Shown: piece after piece, positions 45,401-57,240 of the stretch
Layout of the letters: every line of letters begins with the position of its first letter
Numbering within the stretch: position 1 is the stretch's first letter
Origin: the human T2T-CHM13v2.0 reference genome, Homo sapiens
NCBI RefSeq assembly: GCF_009914755.1
Contig: NC_060941.1
Direction: 5' to 3' (one strand)
DNA: 64,000 nt
Notes under the pieces: model-generated
Seen by the model: the letters and a program-made list of their open reading frames with translations, nothing else
Told to the model about the DNA's origin: nothing
Databases searched by the model: none
Position numbers and translations under genes: made by a program

Positions 45401-47856
45401 CCATTCTATTCCATTTCATTCCCCTCGGGTTTTTTCAATTCCATTCTTTTCCATTCCATTCCATTCCATTCAATTCCATTCCATTCTAGCCATTCCATTC
45501 CACTCGGGTTGATTCATTTCCATTCTATTCCATTCCATTTCATTGCATTCCTTTCCATTCCATTGCATTCCAGTTGATTCAATTCCATTCTATTCCATTC
45601 CATTCCATACCATTCCATTCCATTCAGTTCCATTTGATTCCTTTCCACTCAGGTGGGTTCGAATCCATGGTATTCCAATCCATTCCCTTCCATTCCATTC
45701 CATTCCATTCCATTCCACTCCGTTCCGTTCCGTTCCGTTCCATTCCGTTGCATTCCATTCCAATCCATTCCATTCCTCTCGGGTTGATTCAATTCCATTC
45801 TTTTCCATTCTATTCCATTCCATTCCATTCCATTCCATTCCATTGCTTTCCATTCCACTCGGGTTGATTCCATTCCATTCCATTCCATTCCTTTCCCTTC
45901 CATTCCACTCCATTCATATTGATTCAATTCCATTCCATTCCATTCCATTCCACTCGTGTTGATTAAATTACATTTTATTTCATTCAATTCCATTCCAATC
46001 CATTCCATTCAAGAAAGTTTGATTCCATTCCATTCCATTGCATTCCATTCCATTCCATTGAAGTTGATTCAGTTCCATTCTATTCCATTCCATTCCATTC
46101 CATTCCATTCCATTAAATCCCATTCCAATCCACACGGGTTGTTTCAATTCCATTCTATTCTATTCCATTCCATTCCATTCCATTCCATTCCATTCCACTC
46201 GGGTTGATTCAATTCTATTCTATTCCATTCCATTGCATTCCATTGCATTCCTTTCCATTCCATTCCATTCAATTCCAATCCATTCCATTCCTCTCGGTTT
46301 CATTCAATTCCATTCTATTCCATTCCATTCTATTCCGCTCCATTCCATTCCATTCTTTTCCATTCCATTCCATTCCATTCCATTCCATTCCATTCCATTC
46401 CATTCTATTCCACTCCACTCTGGTTGATTCAATTCCATTCTATTCCATTGCATTCCATTAGATTATATTCCATTCCATTCCATTCCGTTGCATTCCCTTC
46501 CATTCCATTCCAGTTGATTCAATTCCATTCTCTTCCATTCCATTCCATTCCATTCCATTGCATTCCACTCGGGTTTGTTCAATTCCATTCTATTCCATTT
46601 CATTCCCCTCGGGTTTTTTCAATTCCATTCTTTTCCATTCCATTCCATTCCATTCAATTCCATTCCATTCTAGCCATTCCATTCCACTCGGGTTGATTCA
46701 TTTCCATTCTATTCCATTCCATTTCATTGCATTCCTTTCCATTCCATTGCATTCCAGTTGACTCAATTCCATTCTATTCCATTCCATTCCATACCATTCC
46801 ATTCCATTCAGTTCCATTCGATTCCTTTCCACTCAGGTGGGTTCGAATCCATGGTATTCCAATCCATTCCCTTCCATTCCATTCCATTATATTCCATTCC
46901 ATTACATTCCGTTCTGTTCCATTCCGTTCTGTTCCATTCCATTTCCTTCCATTTCGTTGCATTCCATTCCATTCCACTTGGGTTGATTCAATTCCATTCT
47001 ATTCCATTCCATTCCACTCCATTGCATTCCATTCCATTCCATTGCGCTTGGGTTGATTCAATTCCCTTATATTCCATTCCATTCCATTCCATTCCATTCC
47101 ATTCCATTCCATTCCATTCCTCTCCATTCCATTAAATTCTATTCCATTCAACTCGGGTGGATTCCATTCCATTCCATTCCATTCAATTACTTTCCATTCA
47201 ATTCCATTCCATCTCATTGCATTGCATTCAATTCCATTCCATTCCACTCGGGGTGATTCCATTCCATTCCATTCCATTCCATTCCATTCCATTCTATTCC
47301 ATTGCAGTTGATTCAATTCCTTTCTATTCGTGTACTTTCCATTCCACTCCATTCCATTCCATTCCATTCCACTCCACTCCATTCCATTCCATTCCATTCC
47401 TTTCCATTACACTGGAGTTGTTTCAATTCCAATCTATACAATTCCATTCCATTCCATTGCATTTCATTCCATTCCATTCCGTTCTGTTCATTTCCACTTG
47501 GGTTGGTTCAATTGCATTCTATTCCATTCCATTCCATTTCAATCGGGTTGATTCAATTCCATTCTATTCCATTCCATTCCATTCCTTTCAACTCGGATTG
47601 ATTCATTTCCTTTCTTTTCCATTCCATTGCATTCCATTCCATTCCATACTATTCCACTCCACTTAGGTTGATTCATTTCCATTCTATTCCATTCCATTCC
47701 ATTCCATTCCATTCCATTCCATTCCACACTGGTTGATTCACTTCCTTTCCATTCCATTCCATTCCATTCCACTCTATTCCATTCCCTTCCAGTTGATTCA
47801 ATTCCATTTCATTCCATGTTATCCCATTCTATTCGATTCCATTGTAGTTGGTTCAA
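36430..47856 (+). repeat. Diverged HSat3 lacking the 9.6-kb periodicity
   Basis: Higher density of variant pentamers and only local duplications, e.g. ccatttgactctggttg at 36,581 and 36,996. Confidence 0.8.
44490..46900 (+). repeat. ~1.2-kb tandem duplication
   Basis: caagaaagtttgatt at ~44,786 and ~46,010; ttctagccattcc at ~45,484 and ~46,668; caggtgggttcgaatccatggtatt at ~45,650 and ~46,834. Confidence 0.88.
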
Positions 47857-47860
47857 TTGA
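47853..47860. other. Strand-switch (inversion) junction on palindrome TCAATTGA
   Basis: ...gattccattgtagttggt TCAATTGA tggaatggaatcaaccc...: ATTCC repeats lie to the left and GGAAT repeats to the right, with no intervening foreign sequence. Confidence 0.95.
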
Positions 47861-50009
47861 TGGAATGGAATCAACCCAACTGGAATGGAATGTTGTGGAA
47901 TCGAATGGAATGGAATGAAATCAACCATAGTGGAATGGAATGGAATGGAATGGAAAGGAATGGAATGGAATGGAATGGAATGGAATTGAATCAACCAGAG
48001 TGGAATGGAATGGAATGTTTTGGAATGGAATGGAATGGAATGGAATAAACCCGAGTGGAATGGAATGGAATAGAATGGAATGGAGTGGAATGGAATGGAA
48101 TGGAATCAACACGAATGGATAGGAATGGAATGGAATGGAATGGAATATAATAGCATGGAATGGAATAAACCCGAGTGGAATGGCATGGAATGGGATGGAA
48201 TGGAATAGAATGGAATGGAATGGAATACAATCAATAACAGTGGAATGGAATAAAATGGAATGGAATGGATTGCAATGGAATGGAGTGGAATGGAATGGGA
48301 TGATTTGAAATAGAATGGAATGGAACCAACCCAAGGGGAATGGAATGTAATTGATTGGAATGGAATGGAATTGAATGGAATGGAATGGAATGGAATGCAA
48401 TGGAATGGAATGGATTGGAATGGAATGGAATGGAATGGAATCAACCGGAGTGGAATGGAATGGTATGGAATGCAATGGAATAGAATGGAATGGAATCAAC
48501 CAGAGTGGAATGGAATGGAATGGAATGGTATGGAATGGAATCAACATGAGTGGAATGGAATGGAATGAAACGGAATGGAATGGAATAGAATGGAATTGAA
48601 TCAGCGTGGGTGGAATGGAATGGAATGGAATGGAAACAATACTGGTAGAATGGAATGCAATGGAATGGAATGCCATAGAATGGAATGGAATAGAATGGAA
48701 AGCAATCAACCCCAGTGGAATGGAATGGAATGGAGTGGAATGGAATGGAATGGACTGAAATGGAATGGAATGGAATCATCCCGAGTGGAATGCAATGGAA
48801 TGGAGTGGAACGGAATGGGGTAGAATGCAATCAACAAGAGTCGAATGTAATGTAATGTAATGGAATGGTATGGAACCAACCCTAGAGGAATGGAATGGAA
48901 TGGAATGCAATGGAATGGAACGGAATAGATTTGAATCAACCCGAGTGGAATGGAATGGAATGGAATGGAATGGAATGGAATCAACCCGAGTGGAATAGAA
49001 TGGAATGGAATGGAATGGAATGGAAAGGGACCAAACCGAGTTGAATGGAGTGGAATGGAATGGAATGGAATGGAATGGAAAGGAATGGAATCAACCCGAG
49101 TGGAATGGAATGGAATGGAAAGGAATTTAGTGGAGTGGAATGTAATGGAATGGATTTGAATACACCTGAGTGGAATGGAATGGAATGGAATAGAATGGAA
49201 AGGAATGGAAAGGAATGGAATGGAATGGAAAGGAACGGAATGGAATGGAATGGAGTGGAATGGAATGGAATGGAGGGGAACTAACCTGAGTGGAATGTAA
49301 TGTAATGTAATGTAATGGAATGGAATGGAATGGAATGGATTGGAATTAACCTGAGATGAATGAAATGGAATGGAAAGGAATGGAATCAACCCGAGTGAAA
49401 TGGAATGGAATGGAATGGAATGGAATGGAATCGAATCAACCCGAGTGGAATGGAATGGAATTGCATGGAATGGAATGGAATCAATAACAGTGGAATGGAA
49501 TGGAACGGAATGGAATGGAAAGGAATGGAATGGAATGGAATGGAACGGAATTTTAACGGAGTGGAATGGAAAGGAATGGAATAGAATGGAATGGAAGCAA
49601 CTCCAGTGGAATGGAATGAAATGGAATGGAATAGAATGGACTGGAATGCAATAGAATGCAATCATCCCCTGTGGAATGGAATAGAATGGAATGGAGGGGA
49701 ATGGAATGCAATGGAATCAATATCAGTTGAATGGAATGCAATGGAATGGAATGCAATGGAATGGAATGGAATGGAATGGAATAGAATGGAATGGAATCAA
49801 CTCCAGTGGAATGAAATGGAATGGAATGGATTGGAATGGAATGAAATGAAATCATCCCGAGTGGAACGGAATGGAATGGAATGGAGTGGAATGGAATGGA
49901 ATGGAATGCAATCAACCAAAGTGGAATGGAATGGAATGGAATGGAATGGAATGGAATGGAATGGAATGCAATCAACTGAGTGGAATGGAATGGAATGGAA
50001 TGGATTGGA

Positions 50010-50600
50010 ATGGAATGGAGTGAAATTCAGTGGAATGTAATGTGATGGAATGGAGTGTAATGGTATGGAATTGAATCATTCCGAGTGGAATGGAATGGAA
50101 TATAACTGAATGGAATGGAATGGAATGGAAATGAATGGAATGGAATGGAAAGGAGTCATCCCGAGTGGAATGGCATGGAATGGAATGGAATTGAATGGAA
50201 TGGAAAGGAGTGGAATGGAATGGAATCAACCTGAGTGCAATGGAATGGAATGGAATCAACCCGAGTGGAATGGAATGCAATGGCATGGAATGGAACGGAA
50301 TGGAATGGAATGGAATGGAGTGAAATTCAGTGGAATGTAAAGTGATGGAATGGAGTGTAATGGAATGGAATTGAATCATTCCGAGTGGAATGGAATGGAA
50401 TATAACTGAATGGAATGGAATGGAATGGAAAGGAATGGAATGGAATGGAAAGGAGTCATCCCGAGTGGAATGGCATGGAATGGAATGGAATTGAATGGAA
50501 TGGAAAGGATTGGAATGGAATGTAATTGAAGGGAATGGCATGGAATCAAGCCAAATGGAAAGGTATGGCATGGAATGGAATGGAATGGAAAGGAATGGAA
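50010..50600 (-). repeat. 300-bp dimer, first occurrence
   Basis: tgaaattcagtggaatgtaa at 50,021 and 50,321; tataactgaa at 50,101 and 50,401. A diverged third unit follows at ~50,640-50,850. Confidence 0.88.
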
Positions 50601-52389
50601 AGGAATGGAAAGGAGTGGAATGGAGTCAACCCGAGTTGAATGTAATGTGATGGAATGGAGGGGAATGGAGTGGAATGTAATGGAATTGAATCATCCCTAT
50701 TGGAATGGAATGAAATATAACTGAATGGTATGGAATGGAATGGAATGGAATGGAAAGGAGGCATCCCGAGAGGAATGGAATGGAATGGAATGGAATTGAA
50801 TGAAATGGAAAGGTTTGGGATGGAATGGAATGGAAGGGAATGGAATGGAATCAAGCCGAATGGAAAGGAATGGAATGGAATGGAATGGAATCATCCAGAG
50901 TGGAATGGAATGGAATGGAATGGAATGGAATGCAATGGAAGGGAATGGAATGGAATTTGATGGAATGGAATGGAATGGAGTGGAATCAGCCTGAGTGTAA
51001 TGGCATTGAATGGAAAGGAATTTACCTGAGTGGATTGGAATCGAATGGAATGGAATGGAATGGAATGGAATCAACCCGAATGGAATGGAATCAACCTGAG
51101 TGGAATGGAATGGAATGGAATGGAAGCAACCTGAATGGAATGGCATGGAATGGAACGGAATGGAATGGAATGGAATTAACCAGAGTGGAATGGAATGGAA
51201 TGGAATAGAATGGAATGGAACAGAATCAAACCGAGTTGAATGGAGTGGAATGGAATGGAACGGAATGGAATGGAATGGAAAGGAATGGAATCAACCCGAG
51301 TGGAATGGAATGGAAGGGAAAGGAATCGAATGGAGTGGTATGGAATGGAATGGATTTGAATACACCTGAGTGGAATGGAATGGAATGGAATGGAATGGAA
51401 TGGAACGGAAAGAAAAGGAATGGAATGGAATCATCCCGAGTGGAATGTAATGTAATGTAATGGAATGGAATGGAAAGGAATGAAGTAGAATGGAAAGGAA
51501 TGGAATGGAATGGAATGGAAAGGAATGGAGTGGAACCAACCTGAGTGGAAAGGAATGGAATGGAATGGAATGGAATGGTAATGAATGGAATGGAATGGAA
51601 TGGAAAGGAACGGAATGGAATGGAATGGGATGGAATGGAATGGAATGGAGTGAAATCAACCTGAGTGGAATGGAATTGCATGGAATGGAATTTACCTGAG
51701 TGGAATGGAATGGAATGGAATGGAATTAACCCGAGTGGAATTGAATGGAATGGAATGGAAACAACCTGAATGGAATGGAATGGAATGGAACGGTATGGAA
51801 TGGAATGGAATTAACCCGAGTGAAATGGAATGGAATGGAATGGAATGCAATGTAAAGAATGGAATGAAGTGGCATGGAATGGAATTGAATCAACCCGAGT
51901 GGAATGGAATGGAATGGAATGGAATGGAATAGAATGGAACGGAATCAAACTGAGTTGAATGGAGTGGAATGGAAAGGAATGGAATAGAATGGAATGGAAT
52001 GGAATGGAAAGGAATGGAATCAACGCGAGTGGAATGGAATGGAATGGAATGGAAAGGAATGGAATGGAATGGAATGGAATGGATTTGAATACACCTGAGT
52101 GGAATGGAATGGAATGGAATGGAATGGAATGGAATGGGATGGAATGGAATGGTATGAAATTGAAGAGAATGAAATGGAATGGAATGGAATCATCTCGAGT
52201 GAAATGGAACGGAATGGAATGGAATGGAATGGAAAGGAATGGAATAGAATGGAAAGGAATGGAATGGAATGGATAGGAATGGAATGGAATGGAGTGGAAC
52301 CTACCTGAGTGGAAAGTAATGGAATGGATTGGAATTAAACGGAGTGGAATGGAGTGGAATGGAATGAAATGGAATGGAATGGAAAGGAA

Positions 52390-53040
52390 TGGAATCAACC
52401 TGAGTGCAATGGAATGGAATGGAATCAACCCGAGTGGAATGGAATGCAATGGCATGGAATGGAACGGAATGGAATGGAGTGAAATTCAGTGGAATGTAAT
52501 GTGATGGAATGGAGTGTAATGGAATGGGATTGAATCATTCCGAGTGGAATGGAATGGAATATAACTGAATGGAATGGAATGGAATGGAAAGGAATGGAAT
52601 GGAATGGAAAGGAGTCATCCCGAGTGGAATGGCATGGAATGGAATGGAATTGAATGGAATGGAAAGGAGTGGAATGGAATGGAATCAACCTGAGTGCAAT
52701 GGAATGGAATGGAATCAACCCGAGTGGAATGGAATGCAATGGCATGGAATGGAACGGAATGGAATGGAATGGAATGGAGTGAAATTCAGTGGAATGTAAA
52801 GTGATGGAATGGAGTGTAATGGAATGGAATTGAATCATTCCGAGTGGAATGGAATGGAATATAACTGAATGGAATGGAATGGAATTGAAAGGAATGGAAT
52901 GGAATGGAAAGGAGTCATCCCGAGTGGAATGGCATGGAATGGAATGGAATTGAATGGAATGGAAAGGATTGGAATGGAATGTAATTGAAGGGAATGGCAT
53001 GGAATCAAGCCAAATGGAAAGGTATGGCATGGAATGGAAT
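52390..53040 (-). repeat. 300-bp dimer, second occurrence (offset 2459 bp)
   Basis: tgaaattcag at 52,480 and 52,780. It ends with the same caagccaaatggaaaggtatggc tail as the first dimer (~50,547 vs ~53,006). Confidence 0.88.
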
Positions 53041-55299
53041 GGAATGGAATGGAATGGAATCAACCCAAGTGGAATGGAATGGAATGGAACGGAATGGAAT
53101 GGAATGGAATGGAATGGAATAAACCCGAGTGGAATGGAATGGAATGGAATGGAATGGAATGGAATCAACCCGAGTGGAATATAATGGAATGGAATGGAAT
53201 GGAATGGAATGGAATGGAATGGAATGGAATGGAATTAAATGGAATGGAATGAAATCAACACGAGTTGAATGGAAAGGAAAGGAAAGGAATGGAATGGAAT
53301 GGAATGGAATGGAATGGAATGGAAAGAAAACCGAATGAAATGGAATGGAATGCAATGGAATGGAATGGAATGGAATCAACCCAAGTTTAATGGAATGGAA
53401 TGGAATGGAATGGAATGGAATGGAATGGAATCAACCTGAGTGGAATGGAATGGAATGGAATGGAATCAACCCGATTGGAATGGAGTGGAATGGAATGGAA
53501 TGGGATTGAATGGAATGGAATGTGATGGAATGGAATGTATTGGAATGGTATGGAATCGAATAAAATGGAATCAACCCGAGGGGAATGGAATGTAATGGAA
53601 GGGAATGGAACAGAACGGAACGGAACGGAATGGAATGGAATGGAATGGTTTGGAATGAATTTGAATTGAATGAACCTGAAAAGAATGGAATGGATTTCAA
53701 TGGAATGAAGTGGATTCGAATGCAATATAACGGAAAGGAATCAACCCGAGTGGAATGGAATGGAATGGAATGGAATGGAATGGAATGGAATCAACCCCAG
53801 TGGAATGGAATGGAATGGAACGGAATGGAATGGAATGGAATGGAATAAACCCGAGTGGAATGGAATGGAATGGAATGGAATCAACACGAGTGGAATGTAA
53901 TGGAATGGAATGGAATGGAATTGAAAGGAATGAAATGGAATGGAATGCAATCAACACGATTTGAACGGAAAGGAATGGAATGGAATGGAATGGAATTGAA
54001 ACATCCTGAGTGTAATGGAATGGAATGGAACTGAATGGAATGGAATGCAATGGAATGGAAAGTAATCATCCCGAGTGGAAGGGTACGGAATGGAATGGAA
54101 TGGAATGGAATGGAATGGAATGGAATGGAATGGAATGGAATGGAATGGAAAGGAATGGAATGGAATTGAATGGTAAGGAATCATCCCTAGTTTAAGGGAA
54201 TGGAATGGAATGGTATTGAATGGAATGGAAAGTAATGGAATGGAATGGAATGGAATGGAAAGGAATGGAATGGAATGGAAAGGAATGGAATGGAATGGAA
54301 TGGAATGGAATGGAATGGAATGGAATCAAACCAAGTGGAATGGAATGGAATGGAATGAAATGGAATGGAATAGATTGGAATCGAATTGAATGGAACGCAA
54401 TGGTATAGAATGGAATGTAATCAACACGATTGGAATGGAATGGAATGGAATGCAATGGAATGGTATGCAAAGGAATGGAATTGAATCAACCTGATTTGAA
54501 TGGAACGGAATGCAATAGAATGGAATGGAATGGAATGGAATCAAACCTGGTGGAATGGAATGGAATGGATTGGAAATGGAATGTAATGGAATCAACCCTA
54601 GTGCAATGGAATGGAATGGAAAGGAATCATCCCGAGTGGAATTGAATGCAATGGAATGCAATTGAATGGAATGCGATGGAATGGAAATGAATGGAATGGA
54701 ATGGAATGGAATGGAATGAAATGGAATGGAATGGAAAGGAATCAACCCTAGTGGAATGGAAAGGAATGGAATGGATTGGAATTGAATGGAATGGAATGTA
54801 ATAGAATAGAATGTAATCGACACGAGTGGAATGGAATGGAATGGTATGGAATGGAATGTTAAGGAATGGAATGGAATGGAATTGAATCAACCTGACTGGA
54901 ATGTAATGTAATGGAATGGAATAGAATGGAATAGAATGGAAAGAAATGGAATCAATATGAGTAAAATGGATCGGAATGGAATAGAATGGAATGGAATGGA
55001 TGGGAATGGAATGGAATCAAGCCGAATGGAATGGAATGGAAGGGAATGGAATGGAAGGCAATGGAATGGAATCAAGCCGAATAGAATAGAATGGAATGGA
55101 CTGGAATGGAATGGAATCAACCCGAGTGGAATGGAATGGAATGGAATGGAATGGAATGGAATGGAATGGAATGGAATGGAATTTAATAGAATAGAATGGA
55201 ATGAACCACAGTGGAATGGAATGGAATGGAATTTAATAGAATGGAATGCAATTGAATGGAATTTAATAGAATAGAATGGAATGAACCACAATGGAATTC

Positions 55300-57240
55300 A
55301 CTGGACTGGAATGGAATGGAATGGATTGTATTGGAATTGAATGGAATACATTTTAATTGAATGTACTCGAAAACAGTGGAATGGAATGGAATGGAATGGA
55401 ATGCAAGAGAGTGAAATGGATTCAATTCATATGGAATGGAATGGAATGGAATGGAGAGGAATGGAGTGGAATGGAATGGAATGGAATGGAATGGAATGGG
55501 TTGGAATGCATTTTAATTGAATGAACCTGAAAATAATGGAATGGATTTCAATGGAATGAAGTGGATTCGAATACAATATAATGGAATGGAATCAACTCGA
55601 GTGGAATGGAAAGGAATGGAATGGAATGGATTGGAATGGAATGGAATGGAAGGGAATGGACTGGAATGTAATACAATAGATGGGAATGGAATCTACTCGA
55701 GTGGAATGGAATGGAATGGAATGGAATGTAATGGAATGGAATGGATTGGAATGGAATGGAATGGAAGGGAATGGAATGGAATGGAATACAATAGATGGGA
55801 ATGGAATCAACTCGAGTGGAATGGAATGGAATGGATTGGAATGGAATGAAATGGAAATGAGTGCAGTAGAATGGAATGGAATCAACTAGAGTGGAATGGA
55901 GTGGAATGGAATGGTATGGAATGGAATGGAATGGAATGGAAGGGAATGGACTGGAATGGAATACAATAGATGGGAATGGAATCAACTCGAGTGGAATGGA
56001 ATGGAATGGATTGGAATGGAATGAAATGGAAATGAGTGCAGTAGAATGGAAGATAATCAACTAGAGTGGAATGGAGTGGAATGGAATGGTATGGAATGGA
56101 ATGGAATGGAATGGAATGGAAAGGAATGGAATGGATTGGAATGGAATGGAATGAAATGGAATGGAATGGAATGGGATGATGTGGCCTCAAATGCAATAGA
56201 ATGGAAGGGAATCAAATCGAGTAGAATGGAACGTAATGGAATGTAACGGCAATGAAAGAAATGGAATGCAATAGACTGCAAAGCAATCAACTAGAATGCA
56301 ATGGAATTGAATTGAATGGAATGGAATGGAATGGAAAGCATTTGAATTGAAAGGACCCAAATAGTATGGAATGGCATGGAATTGAAAGGAAGAAAATGGC
56401 CTCGAATGCAATAGAATGGAATGGCATAAACTCGAGTGGAATGGAATGAAATGGAATGGAATGGAATGGAATGGAATATAACAGAATGGAATGGAATCAA
56501 CTCGAGCTGAATGGAATGGAAGGGAATGGAATGGAAGGGAATGGAACTGAATGGAATGGAATAGCATGAAGTGGCCTCGAATGCAATAGAATGTAATGGA
56601 ATCAACTCGAGTGGAAAGGAATCGAACGGAATGGAATGGAATGGAATGGAATCAAACCGAGTAGAATGGAATGGAATGGAATGGAATGGATTGGAATGGA
56701 ATGGAATGAAATAGAAAGGAATGGAATGGAATGGAATCAAACCGATTGGAATGGAATGGAATGGAATGGAATGGAATGGAAAGGAATGGAATGGAATGGA
56801 ATGGATTTGAAAGGAATGGAATGGAATGAAATGGAATGGAATGGAATGGAATCAACCCAATTGGAATGGAATCAAATGGAATGGAATGGAATGGAATGGA
56901 ATGGAATGGAATCAACACGAGTGGAATGGAATGGAATGGAAAGGAGTGGAATGGAATGGAATGAAATGGAATGGAATGGTTTCACCCCGAGTGGAATGGA
57001 GTTGAATGGAATGGATTGGAATGGAATGGAATGGAATGGAATCAACCCGAGTGGAATGGAATGGAATGGAATGGAAGAGTTTGGAATGGAATGGAATGGA
57101 AAGGAATGGAATGGAATCGAACGGAATGTAATGGAATGGAATTTATTCGAATGGGATGGAATGCAATGGAATTTACTAGAATGCAATGGAATGGAATGGA
57201 TTCGAATGGAAAGGAATGTACTAGAGTCGAGTTGAGTTGA
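55300..57240 (-). repeat. Transition zone with TCAACTCGAG spacers and a 175-bp tandem dimer
   Basis: tcaactcgag occurs at ~55,592, 55,807, 55,982, 56,497 and 56,602. aatgagtgcagtaga occurs at ~55,856 and 56,031. atacaatagatggg occurs at 55,671, 55,786 and 55,961. Confidence 0.8.

Larger units (their letters stand above)
1..47856 (+). repeat. C-rich-orientation HSat3 domain (CATTC on + strand) with ACTCGGGTTG and CCAGTTGATTCAATT spacers
   Basis: ATTCC runs on + up to ...attgtagttggttcaatt at 47,841-47,858. Confidence 0.96.
47857..55300 (-). repeat. Inverted HSat3 domain with TCAACCCGAG/TCATCCCGAG spacers
   Basis: GGAAT on + with frequent ggaatcaacccgagtggaat, the reverse complement of the left-arm spacer. 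Confidence 0.93.

Noticed and set aside
45645-45675. GGTTCGAATCC, resembling a tRNA T-loop or Pol III B-box (also ~41,938 and ~46,840)
   Set aside because: No cloverleaf or A-box is evident, and the word is reachable by a few substitutions from GGTTGATTCAATTCC-type spacers. Kept only as a curiosity.
1-47856. CRISPR-like alternation of the ACTCGGGTTGATT motif and variable intervening sequence
   Set aside because: The intervening sequences are the same pentamer with irregular lengths, not unique spacers, and there are no cas genes.
47700-48020. Perfect fold-back palindrome (breakage-fusion-bridge product or chimeric read)
   Set aside because: Beyond the 8-bp core, rare variants on the left (catgttatccc, cacactgg) are not mirrored on the right.
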